From: Bacteroidota bacterium
GTDB lineage: Bacteria > Bacteroidota > Bacteroidia > NS11-12g > UBA955
DNA: 64,000 nt
Reading direction: 5' to 3'
Assembly (NCBI GenBank): GCA_018333525.1
Contig: JAGXTF010000059.1
Coordinates: 17,334-81,333 of the forward strand
Positions within the stretch are counted from its first letter, which is position 1. Each line of letters opens with the position of its first letter. Positions 41,619 through 50,738 of this stretch are shown piece by piece. The notes beneath the pieces were generated by a model. The model was not told the origin of the DNA. It ran no database searches and worked only from the letters and a program-made list of their open reading frames with translations. The position numbers and the translations under genes were made by a program.

Positions 41619-43856
41619 GTGAAAAGTATTTTATTCAGAATTCCGCTATTTATTTTCCTTTTCCCATTGTTTATTGTTGCCCAGGAATTGCCCCTGGGTC
41701 AATGGAAAATGCATCCTTCCTTTTTGGATACCAGGCTTTGTGAAGCAACCGAACATTTTGTATATGGTGCATCTTCCAAGGGCTTTTTTCGCGTAAATAT
41801 TCAAAGTGCAGACATTGAAAGATTAACGGGAATGGATGGTTTCCACGGAAGAGAAATTACATCTTTGGATTATCTGGCAGATAAAAAAATTCTGGTAATT
41901 GGATATGCCGATGGATTTTTAGAATTGCTGAAAAATGAAACCGTAATTGTTGCAATTCCCGGTTTTTACAATGAAATGTTACAGGGCGATAAAAGTATTT
42001 TACATTGTAGTTTTAAAGACAATGATGCTTTGATTTCCACCAATTTCGGAATTTTGGTATTGGATCTCGAAAAGAATGAAATAAGGGAGAATTATAAAGA
42101 TATTGGAACCAACGGACAAACCCAACCGGTAAGGAGCACCGCTGTTTTGGGAGACAGTATTTATGCCGGTATTCCTGATGGAATTATTGCTGCAAAATAT
42201 GCTGTAAACGTTAATTTAAAGAACTTTTTAAATTGGAAAAAAGTTTACTCCAAGGGGCCCGGAAACCAACTTTGCAGCTTTAGCGACAGCATTTATTTTT
42301 ATTCGGACAGCATTGTTTTAACTTATAAAAATGGCGTTGTTTTGAATAGTTTTATACCTGGAAAATCCACGACAAAAAGAATAAAAGTTTTTCAAAACAG
42401 AATTTATTTTTTCAGACCCGGAGCAATAACGAATCAAAAATCAGATGCAAGCAGAACCGTTACCAATATGAATCTCTTATCCTCCGGGACATTGGATGCT
42501 GAGGGCTCTTTGTGGTATTGCACCGGCTTTGGGGGTGGTGCAATTAAATTAATTCCCGGAAGTGAAATTGCATTTGAACCCAATGGTCCAACTTCTAATT
42601 CTGTTTTTGCAATGAGTAAAAAAGGAAATTATTTATTTACTACCGGTGGTGGTGTTACCAATACATTTGGTAACGCATACAATCCGGCTGGATTTTATAT
42701 TTATAATAATTTCCGCTGGAATTCCAACCCTGCATCTGTTTATAATACAGGCTTGTATGATTATACTTTTGTTCATTTCAATACAGTAACAGATAAGTAT
42801 TATTTAGCTACACATACCAATGGAATGCTGGAGTTTAGCGGTGGTGTTGCAACCAACAGATTTGATGACAACAATGCACCTTTTTTTCGCGATCCGGGTT
42901 CGGGATTTATTAGAATCAGTGGTGTTGCAAACGATAAGGAGGGTAACTTATGGGTGAACAATTATGGCGGAGAAAAACCGCTGCTGGTGTATAAAGGTGG
43001 CACCTGGACCGGAATTAAAGTAACGGAATCATCCAGTTTAAAGGCCTTGGTTATTGACGACAATGACTACAAATGGATGATTGTTCAGGGCAATGGTATT
43101 TTGGTTTATGATGACAATAAAACACCAGGCAACGATTTGGATGACAAATCTGCGAGACTTACAACTTCAAACGGTTTAATAACCAATGATGTATTGTCAC
43201 TTCAGGTAGATCAGAATGGTTATGTTTGGATTGGAACCACACAAGGATTAAATGTGGTAACCAATACTGCTGACATTTTTGTGAAGCCCAAAATCGACAG
43301 GTTTATTATTGAACAAAATGGAAGTACAGGATATTTGTTAGGGGAAGAAACCATCAATGATATTTGTACCGATGGTGGAAACAGAAAATGGTTTGCAACG
43401 AATAACGGAGTGTTTTTGGTGGAACCAAACGGACAGGAAGTGCTGCTAAAATTCACTGCGGATAATAGCCCCTTACCGGACAACAGAGTGTATTGCATCG
43501 GGCAGGTATCAAATTCCGGCGAAGTATTTTTTGGTACCGATGCGGGAATTGTATCCTATAGAAGTGACGCCAGCGATGCAGATGAAACATTTAAAAAAAT
43601 AAAAATTTATCCCAATCCGGTACGACCAGGATATAATGGCTTGGTAACTATAGAAGGACTCGCAAAAAATGCGGAAATCAGAATTACCGATGCAGCAGGA
43701 ATGCTAATTTATCAAACCAAGGCAAATGGAGGCACAGCTACATGGCCATGCACCAAACTCGATGGCAGCAAACCTGAAAGTGGCGTCCTTTATGTTTTTG
43801 GCATCAATGAAGAAGGCACAGAAACTGCTATGGGGAAGTTTGTTTTTATAAAATAA
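41619..43856 (+). CDS. porZ: T9SS beta-propeller protein PorZ
   Basis: Motifs PLGQW..H, DGGNRKWFAT..G, NSPLP.N, GEVFFGT..G.VSY, IYPNPVRP.Y.G.VTI.GL, SGV.Y. Confidence 0.85.
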   Translation: MKSILFRIPLFIFLFPLFIVAQELPLGQWKMHPSFLDTRLCEATEHFVYGASSKGFFRVNIQSADIERLTGMDGFHGREITSLDYLADKKILVIGYADGFLELLKNETVIVAIPGFYNEMLQGDKSILHCSFKDNDALISTNFGILVLDLEKNEIRENYKDIGTNGQTQPVRSTAVLGDSIYAGIPDGIIAAKYAVNVNLKNFLNWKKVYSKGPGNQLCSFSDSIYFYSDSIVLTYKNGVVLNSFIPGKSTTKRIKVFQNRIYFFRPGAITNQKSDASRTVTNMNLLSSGTLDAEGSLWYCTGFGGGAIKLIPGSEIAFEPNGPTSNSVFAMSKKGNYLFTTGGGVTNTFGNAYNPAGFYIYNNFRWNSNPASVYNTGLYDYTFVHFNTVTDKYYLATHTNGMLEFSGGVATNRFDDNNAPFFRDPGSGFIRISGVANDKEGNLWVNNYGGEKPLLVYKGGTWTGIKVTESSSLKALVIDDNDYKWMIVQGNGILVYDDNKTPGNDLDDKSARLTTSNGLITNDVLSLQVDQNGYVWIGTTQGLNVVTNTADIFVKPKIDRFIIEQNGSTGYLLGEETINDICTDGGNRKWFATNNGVFLVEPNGQEVLLKFTADNSPLPDNRVYCIGQVSNSGEVFFGTDAGIVSYRSDASDADETFKKIKIYPNPVRPGYNGLVTIEGLAKNAEIRITDAAGMLIYQTKANGGTATWPCTKLDGSKPESGVLYVFGINEEGTETAMGKFVFIK

Positions 43857-43865
43857 ACATACAAC

Positions 43866-44129
43866 GCTGTTGGTCCTCTTGCCACATTAGCGAAGCATGT
43901 GGCGACCAATGGCATCCTCACTCAAACCTATTACAGCATAGCGCTGTTGGTCCTCTTGCCGCATTAGCGAAGCATGCGGCGACCAACAGCTAATCACTTC
44001 ATTGTATAAGAACTTGTCGTTGGTCGCCTTGCGCTGCGCCGGCAAGGCATGAGGACCAACGACGCTCAGTCGTGCAGTGGCACTGTTGGTCCTCGTGCCA
44101 CATCAGCGAAGCATGCCGCGACCAACAGC
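43866..44129. repeat. REP cluster, left: 48-bp hairpins A1 43866-43913, A2 43943-43990, B1 44016-44063 (inverted), A3 44082-44129
   Basis: A = GCTGTTGGTC-CTCWT-GCCRCAT-YAGCGAAGC-ATGYGGC-GACCAACAGC. B, read on the bottom strand = GTCGTTGGTC-CTCAT-GCCTTGC-CKGCGYAGC-GCAAGGC-GACCAACGAC. Confidence 0.92.
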
Positions 44130-44140
44130 TTCCTATTCGT

Positions 44141-44169
44141 TTATTTCCGTTTATTTCCGTTTATTTCCG
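44141..44169. repeat. 10-bp tandem repeat (TTATTTCCGT) x3
   Basis: Seen directly between REP A3 and the transposase start. Confidence 0.85.
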
Positions 44170-44201
44170 GATACAAATTATGTCCAAATTATTATTACCA
44201 A

Positions 44202-44720
44202 ATGAATGAGAAAATCAATAATTTATTTTTCTTTACTGCAACATGTTTAAATTGGAAACATTTGATCCATCAGGATTCTACAAAATTATTTTTAATTAAC
44301 TCTTTGAATTATTATACAGAAAAATCCATTTGCAGAATTTATGGATTTGTAATTATGCCGAATCATATACACTTAATAATTGCAATAAATAATGAACAGC
44401 GGAATTACTTTCAACATTCTTACTTAAAGTTTACAGCACAAACTATTATTGGTGAATGGAGAAATAACAAATCGATATTATTGAATTCCATAAAATCAAC
44501 ACAAGCTGACAGAAAATTCCAATTTTGGGAACGGAATCCAAAATGGAAGTCCATTCAAACGGATGAGAGTTTTTGGAAAACGCTGAGATATATTCATGAT
44601 AACCCAACGCAGGAACACTGGAAATTGGTTGAAAATGCGGAAGATTATATGATGAGTTCAGCTAAATGTTACTTAAAAGGAAATTCTGAATTTACTTGTC
44701 TTACAATCTATTGCCCCTGA
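44202..44720 (+). mobile_element. REP-associated tyrosine transposase (RAYT; HUH Y1, IS200-like)
   Basis: N-terminal FFT, HUH motif VIMPNHIHL, FWER, catalytic Tyr in YIHDNP, DY..SSA. Flanked by REP hairpins; no tnpB. Confidence 0.9.
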
Positions 44721-44729
44721 TAAATTAAT

Positions 44730-44914
44730 GTCGTTGGTCGCCTTGCGCTACGCAGGCAAGGCATGAGGACCAACGACGATACCACTGCACAGCGCTGTTG
44801 GTCCTCATGCCGCATCAGCGAAGCATGCGGCGACCACCAGCTAATTACTTCATTTTATAGGCACCTGTCGTTAGTCGCCTTGCGCTGCGCCGGCAAGGCA
44901 TGAGGACCAACGAC
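44730..44914. repeat. REP cluster, right: B2 44730-44777, A4 44794-44841, B3 44867-44914
   Basis: Same 48-bp A and B hairpins as on the left. A4-spacer-B3 duplicates A2-spacer-B1 (121 bp). Confidence 0.92.
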
Positions 44915-44942
44915 GCTATAATAATTTACGACAAACCAAATC

Positions 44943-45716
44943 CTATTTAGGATCAGGCAATTCCAGAACCAGACCATCATATGCCAATTCCACATTCGGT
45001 GGTAATTCCATATTCACCTCATCATGAAATCCGATTTGATGACTCATGTGCACAAAATAGGTTTTGTCTGCCTGAACCTTTTCCGCAACCGCAACTGCTT
45101 CATCCAAAGTAAAATGCGAAATATGGTGTTCTCTTCTCAATGCATTTAAAACAAGAACTTTACTTCCCATTACTTTTTGCAATTCATTTTCTGCAATAAA
45201 ATTCGCATCGGTGATATAGGTAAAATCTCCAATTCTAAAACCAAGAACGGGCAATTTATAGTGCAATACTTCAATGGGTATGATATCCATACCAAATAAA
45301 TTAAAAGGTTTATTTTCTATCTGATGAAAATTAATTTCCGGAATTCCGGGATACTTTTTTTCAGAAAAAATATAGTGATATTGGTATTGAAATGCCTGCA
45401 ATACACGCTCAGACAAGTAAACATCAACCGGCTTGTTATGAAGGTAATTAAATGGCCTTATATCGTCCAACCCTGCAGTGTGATCCCTGTGCTCATGGGT
45501 AAACAATATTGCATCCAACCTGCTGATACCTGCACGAATTAACTGGTAGCGGAAATCGGGGCCTGCATCAATTACAATGCTATAATCTCCAATTTGCAAA
45601 TGAACAGAACAGCGAAGCCTTTTGTCTTTGGGGTTTTCTGAAAGACAAACCGGACTGTCACAACCTATCGGCGGAACGCCCTGGGATGTACCTGTACCCA
45701 AAAATGTGATCTTCAC
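44943..45716 (-). CDS. MBL-fold metallo-hydrolase (PhnP-like phosphodiesterase)
   Basis: Motifs FLGTGTSQGVP.IGC...VC, IDAGPDFR.Q, THEHRDHTAGLDD, YITD, HMSH, LAYDG. Confidence 0.92.
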   Translation of the reverse strand: MKITFLGTGTSQGVPPIGCDSPVCLSENPKDKRLRCSVHLQIGDYSIVIDAGPDFRYQLIRAGISRLDAILFTHEHRDHTAGLDDIRPFNYLHNKPVDVYLSERVLQAFQYQYHYIFSEKKYPGIPEINFHQIENKPFNLFGMDIIPIEVLHYKLPVLGFRIGDFTYITDANFIAENELQKVMGSKVLVLNALRREHHISHFTLDEAVAVAEKVQADKTYFVHMSHQIGFHDEVNMELPPNVELAYDGLVLELPDPK

Positions 45717-45801
45717 GGTTTACAAATGTAGCCATTGACATTCAGCTTTGAAATGTCGCCGAAATCAAAATTGTATTAAAAAATCTGAAATTTCAATGGA
45801 A

Positions 45802-46791
45802 TTAACTGGCGTTCGATTCCAGAAAACCTTTTAATCCGTTTATGTTTTCTACTACCAGATTATTTACGCCTTTTTCATTGGAGATCAATATACTCAACCA
45901 ATCCATGGTATGAATAATTTCGAAAATGGAAGCAAATCCAAAATGATCCAAAGGGTATTCAAATATTTTATTCCCATGTTGCTCCAAAACTTTTTTCAAA
46001 TAATGAAAACGCAACGTGTTCCGCTCGTTCACGCCACTATTTAAAAGAATAAAATTGGTATCATGTCTGGAATAATAGCTTTCTATCATGTTGTGGTTTG
46101 CCTCTGGCAATATGCTCACAAAGGCCTCCCCTTTTGCATTCTCCTGAATTTGTTGGCAAAATCTGGTAGCAACAGCTTCCAATGCCAAATCACAAATCAA
46201 CACATATTTGTGATGAACATGTGGCATAAAATAATGCAACATTTCTTCCGCACGGAAGCGCATGGATTTGTTGTTTTCCAAATTTACACGAACCTTTTCC
46301 AGTTGGCTTCCCATGTCATATTCAATAAGGTCTGCCAAAATCATCAACAAAGTACAAAGGGAATATCCCAAAGCCATTCTAGGTTGAAATCCAGCTTCTG
46401 AAAAATAAACCGGCAGTCCGTCTTTTTGTGCCATTTCTGCAAGACTTCCACCGCTGGTGAGCACCATCATGGTACATCCTTTTGACTTCGCATCAGCGTA
46501 CATGGAAAGCGTTTCCTCTGTATTTCCACTATAGGAATTTAAAATTACCAGTGTTCTCTGATTTGCAAATGCAGGTAATTTATATTCAGAAATTACTTCA
46601 ATAGGAATTGGAAAGCTCGTATAAAAGGCTAGTCTTGCAATCTTACCTCCAATTCCCGATCCACCAAGTCCACCTATTATAACGTGATCAAATTCATTCA
46701 CTTTTCGGCCATGTGAAGCATAATTGCGCAACACATATGCCACTTGTTCATGAAAGTTATTGAGGGCTGTTTCGTGGGTTAAAATAGTCAT
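45802..46791 (-). CDS. bifunctional phosphoglucose/phosphomannose isomerase (SIS domains)
   Basis: Motifs GLGGSGIGG, SYSGNTEET, TSGG.L, QPRMALGY, QENAK, PEANHN. Confidence 0.88.
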   Translation of the reverse strand: MTILTHETALNNFHEQVAYVLRNYASHGRKVNEFDHVIIGGLGGSGIGGKIARLAFYTSFPIPIEVISEYKLPAFANQRTLVILNSYSGNTEETLSMYADAKSKGCTMMVLTSGGSLAEMAQKDGLPVYFSEAGFQPRMALGYSLCTLLMILADLIEYDMGSQLEKVRVNLENNKSMRFRAEEMLHYFMPHVHHKYVLICDLALEAVATRFCQQIQENAKGEAFVSILPEANHNMIESYYSRHDTNFILLNSGVNERNTLRFHYLKKVLEQHGNKIFEYPLDHFGFASIFEIIHTMDWLSILISNEKGVNNLVVENINGLKGFLESNAS

Positions 46792-46817
46792 AAAGATAGA
46801 TCATAAGCTGCCGGAAT

Positions 46818-48965
46818 TTAATCCCAGCCGAATTTATACCTGTAGTCCTGAATTTCTCCTTTGGTGCGGAAAATCTCCTCCAGTCTTCTGGAAAGAAATT
46901 GTGGATTATTGGCAAAATCTTCCTGATTTTCAAATCCTGTTTTTGGCGCTTCTATTTTGTCCTTGCTCTCAATCCATAAGATAGCAACAACGTTAGCACC
47001 TTTTACCGGCTTGCTCCATGCTTTCTCTTTAACTCCAAAAATTGCACCCAAAATTTTAGGTTCCGTGAATAATTGAGGAATAAAATTAGAACTCATTTTC
47101 ACACTCTCCAGAGGAATTACAGTTCCACCTGATTTCTGAGCTATTTCTTCAGCAGTTTTAGACCCGGCAAGCGCCTTTTCAAATTTCTCTACAATCTTGG
47201 CAGCTTTGAGCTCATTACGAACCAGTGGTTCAATTTTTTCGCGCACATCTTTTACTTCTGCATACCCTCTGGATCTGGCGTTGGTAACGATTACAACCAT
47301 ATGCCTGGTGCTGAATGCAAATACGTCGCTTACGTCATTTTGCTTGCGCTCTGCTTCAAACAACCAGGAGAGCAGGGTTTTAACATCTTCATTTTGAGTA
47401 AGTCCGGGGATATCGCGGTCTTCGGTTCGAATTTCCTTTTTAACTCTTGGCTGCAAACCGAGTTTATCACGGGCAGCTTCAAAACTTTTTATATCTCCTT
47501 CGGTAATGCTGTTTCTAAATTTCCTGCTTGCTTCATCTACCAGTTTTATGGTGGCTGGACCAGGCATTACTTCCACCGCATGTTTGCGATATTTTATTTT
47601 AATCTTATCCGGATTCTCCAGTTGTTTCATTACATGGAATCCAAATTGTGTATGCACAACATCCATATCCCCTTTGGTATGGGTTGCACACCATTTTCCA
47701 AATTCAGGAACATATTTACTGGCAGGGGCCCAGTCGTAAATTCCTTTTTCCATTGCAGAACCGGGGTCACCACTGTAATCTTTTGCAAGTGCACCAAAAT
47801 CTGCCCCGGCTTTAAGCTTGGCCAGTAATTCAAAAGCAAGTGCTTTTGCCTGTGCCGAATCCGCAATTTTCATCTTATTAGGCAAACCTCCATTGTTCGG
47901 AATGAGGATATGCGCCACTTTCACATATGGGTTTGTTGTATCTGTTTGCTCATCCAGTTTTTGAATAATGGTGTATTTGCCATCTATCGTCATAATTGGC
48001 AGCATAGCATTTTTTGGCAATGAAGCTAAAGGTGCATACATCGCTTTTTCAAATGAATCGCGGCCTAATTCCCTGGAAGAAGTAAATTTCTCTACCCCTT
48101 CACCGGCAGTATCTGGCTTTGTTTCTTTGCTCCATGAAGTATAGAATTCTTCTGCTTGTTTTTTGGAATATGCAGTATCCTCAGAATTTGGAATGATTTC
48201 CCAATATACATATTGAATATCTCTGGTTGCAAAAGCCTGTTTGTATTCTTCGCGATGCTCCTTCAAATATTTTTCCAAATCCGCATCGGTAACTTTTACA
48301 TCTTTATCTGCAATAACCGAGTAGTTTACCGCTACAGCTTTGCCAGTAGCACCCTGATTGGCTGCCACATATGCATATTCCTTTTCAACCTTGGATTTCA
48401 TTTGAGCCTTGGAAATATACTGGGTATAGTGTTTTTCCAACTCTTGTTGTTTCACATTCTTCACAAAATCCAAGAGGTTTTTCTGAAGGGTTTTATTGGT
48501 CTTCGCCATTTTGAACAGGTCAGAAACCTTTTTCACATCATAATTGCCATCTGTTTGAAAATCCTGAATTCCTTTTACGGTTTCAATGGGATAATCTCCC
48601 ATAATCATTTCATTGAACTCTTCATCGGAAATGCCAATATTCGCCATGTTAATCTGCTTTTCCATGGTGCGGCGCTTGATCAAAGTTGTCCAACTCTGGT
48701 CAATCAAACCTTTTCTGGTTTTTTCATCATCTTTAAAATCGGGATTGCTTTCGCTCTCGCGTTTAAAAAGTTCCGCGAAAATTTCATTCAAATCATTGAT
48801 TTTGACTTTTTCGCCAAATATTTCACCAATAACATCCTGATCTTCCCGGGACAACCCTGTGTATTTACTTCCGGTGAGTACATCACCCAATACAAACAAT
48901 ACCAGAGCCACAACTATCGCGATTACTACCGCTCCTGAATTTCTTAGCTTTTGAATTATAGCCAT
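46818..48965 (-). CDS. PpiD/SurA-like periplasmic peptidyl-prolyl isomerase
   Basis: N-terminal MAIIQKLR plus transmembrane helix; parvulin motifs AHILI, FGALAKDYS.DPGS, TQFGFH. Confidence 0.88.
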   Translation of the reverse strand: MAIIQKLRNSGAVVIAIVVALVLFVLGDVLTGSKYTGLSREDQDVIGEIFGEKVKINDLNEIFAELFKRESESNPDFKDDEKTRKGLIDQSWTTLIKRRTMEKQINMANIGISDEEFNEMIMGDYPIETVKGIQDFQTDGNYDVKKVSDLFKMAKTNKTLQKNLLDFVKNVKQQELEKHYTQYISKAQMKSKVEKEYAYVAANQGATGKAVAVNYSVIADKDVKVTDADLEKYLKEHREEYKQAFATRDIQYVYWEIIPNSEDTAYSKKQAEEFYTSWSKETKPDTAGEGVEKFTSSRELGRDSFEKAMYAPLASLPKNAMLPIMTIDGKYTIIQKLDEQTDTTNPYVKVAHILIPNNGGLPNKMKIADSAQAKALAFELLAKLKAGADFGALAKDYSGDPGSAMEKGIYDWAPASKYVPEFGKWCATHTKGDMDVVHTQFGFHVMKQLENPDKIKIKYRKHAVEVMPGPATIKLVDEASRKFRNSITEGDIKSFEAARDKLGLQPRVKKEIRTEDRDIPGLTQNEDVKTLLSWLFEAERKQNDVSDVFAFSTRHMVVIVTNARSRGYAEVKDVREKIEPLVRNELKAAKIVEKFEKALAGSKTAEEIAQKSGGTVIPLESVKMSSNFIPQLFTEPKILGAIFGVKEKAWSKPVKGANVVAILWIESKDKIEAPKTGFENQEDFANNPQFLSRRLEEIFRTKGEIQDYRYKFGWD

Positions 48966-49181
48966 ATTTCGTCAAAAAAAATGACGGCAAAAATAGCATT
49001 TTCAGTGTACCAATACCAACGAAATCCATAATTCGTGCGATTCCCCGGTTGGGAAAATGACCAGAACAATGCATAATACCGATATTCAGATACACCTAAC
49101 CCGCAACAAGACTCAGAAGTAGGTGTTTAATAAAGGCTCTCTGCTAACTTTAGAATTCCTCTATTTTCAGTTAGAGTCTAA

Positions 49182-50732
49182 TTAATGGCGGTCGATATAT
49201 ACATCGCGGGTAATTTTTTTACCTTTAAAGGACAAAGACAGTTCATAAACTCCGGATGGAAATTTCTCTACAGGCAAAATCAATTCATTGTCGGGAACTA
49301 AAACAGGATTAATCAATTCCTTAAAAAACAACTGATTTCCCCTGGTCATTTCTACTGTGCAACTTTTGGAATTGGGTATGTAAATATGCAGGTAAATCAA
49401 GTTGGTATCGCGCAATTGAAGAAATTGTACACCTGGCATTTTATTTTCCTGCAGTGGTTTTTTGAAGTTCTTTTCCGTAGCAATTCCAACCATTACTGTT
49501 GCAAATAATTTCTCCTGATCGTATACGGTAAAAGCTGTCCGCACTTGTTTACGAGCAGCGGCAATACTTATGTAATCCCCAAAAAACACTCCTTTCCCCG
49601 GTGCACAAAATGGAGCATCGGTTAGGCGAATGTTCGGTCCCGGCTTTAATTCCTTGATATTACAAGCATATACATCGGTGTATCTGTTATATTCTGAATT
49701 TCTCCGATCGTAAAAAATCGTGTAAATTTTATTCGTCTTTCTATCCAGACAAACATTGGGCATATACTGGTCCCTGCCATTATGCAAGGCATCACTATTG
49801 ATTCGAATCGGCCCTTGAAAAGTTGTACCCTTATCTTTAGAAAAAAGGTAAAAAACATCCTGATCCCCATTTCTGGAATCGCCAAACACCACATAGAGTT
49901 TGCCCTTTTTGTCGGCGATTACAAAAGGCATACTGTTACTGCGCAAAAGTGCATGCACATTTAAATTCCAGCCTTCCGATTGTTTTGCAAGTATGATATC
50001 TTTACCCCAGGTTTTACCGCCATCAGAGCTTTTGTCCATCCAAATTTGTCCTCTTCCTGCCCATACTGCGTATAATTCTCCATGCGGACCGGCTGTTACA
50101 GTTGCACCTTCCAAAGTATTGTCATCATCTGAAGCATCTCCGTTGGAATCATTCACCGTAACAGGTGTTTGAAATGTAGCACCATCGTCATCACTAAATG
50201 CAACGCGAATTCGGGAAGAATCCTGTGGACTTTTGCTTCCATAAACATCAAATTCGGTCCAGCTTATATAAACCCTGTTACGGAATTTGCTTTTTTTACC
50301 TTCATCCACAAATATCCAGGGCTTATCCTGAACCTTCCCGGCATTATTTCCAATCCCTGTGGAAGTGAAAGTTTTTCCACCATCCACACTTCTTTCCACA
50401 ACAATTCTGTCAAAATGGGAAGGCCAGGGTTTGTTTTTGTTTTTTGACAAATGACAAACGAATTGAATTCCGGAGCTGCTGATATAAACTACCGGGTCTC
50501 CATAAAATCCCTCAGCAGGATTTAACCTTTTAGGCGTCCAGGTATATCCGCCATCTTCACTACCGAAAAATAAATCGTTATTGCTTCCTAAAATTTGGGT
50601 ACCCGGAAATTTAGGGTCTATTGCAATGCAGGGTTCATTTGTTTCTACGCCATCCGGGTGCAGGGGCACCAGTTGAATCTGTCCGAAAACACGGCCAAAT
50701 CCGAGAATTATCAGGCACAGAAAGAATTTCAT
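49182..50732 (-). CDS. BNR/Asp-box (sialidase-like) beta-propeller protein, probably T9SS cargo
   Basis: Multiple S.DGG.T(W/F) Asp boxes, NEP.IAI, DKPW, GDY. CTD-like end SGVY.L...K. Confidence 0.78.
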   Translation of the reverse strand: MKFFLCLIILGFGRVFGQIQLVPLHPDGVETNEPCIAIDPKFPGTQILGSNNDLFFGSEDGGYTWTPKRLNPAEGFYGDPVVYISSSGIQFVCHLSKNKNKPWPSHFDRIVVERSVDGGKTFTSTGIGNNAGKVQDKPWIFVDEGKKSKFRNRVYISWTEFDVYGSKSPQDSSRIRVAFSDDDGATFQTPVTVNDSNGDASDDDNTLEGATVTAGPHGELYAVWAGRGQIWMDKSSDGGKTWGKDIILAKQSEGWNLNVHALLRSNSMPFVIADKKGKLYVVFGDSRNGDQDVFYLFSKDKGTTFQGPIRINSDALHNGRDQYMPNVCLDRKTNKIYTIFYDRRNSEYNRYTDVYACNIKELKPGPNIRLTDAPFCAPGKGVFFGDYISIAAARKQVRTAFTVYDQEKLFATVMVGIATEKNFKKPLQENKMPGVQFLQLRDTNLIYLHIYIPNSKSCTVEMTRGNQLFFKELINPVLVPDNELILPVEKFPSGVYELSLSFKGKKITRDVYIDRH

Positions 50733-50738
50733 ACCGGT

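Noticed and set aside
44049-44201. N-terminal extension of the transposase ORF (223 aa)
   Set aside because: It runs through REP B1, REP A3 and the 10-bp repeat. Recognisable RAYT sequence begins after ATG 44202.
43866-44914. CRISPR array interpretation of the 48-bp repeats
   Set aside because: The repeats alternate in orientation, spacers are irregular (16-29 bp) and partly duplicated, there are no cas genes, and a RAYT lies in the middle.
48156-48938. Long antisense ORFs (260 aa here; also 2829-3449 and 59591-60193)
   Set aside because: They shadow well-supported genes on the opposite strand and have no recognisable motifs.
49000-49181. Possible ncRNA upstream of the PPIase gene (short inverted repeats ACACCTA/TAGGTGT and CTAACT/AGTTAG)
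   Set aside because: The stems are short, I recognise no riboswitch or tRNA motif, and they are compatible with chance or a weak terminator.
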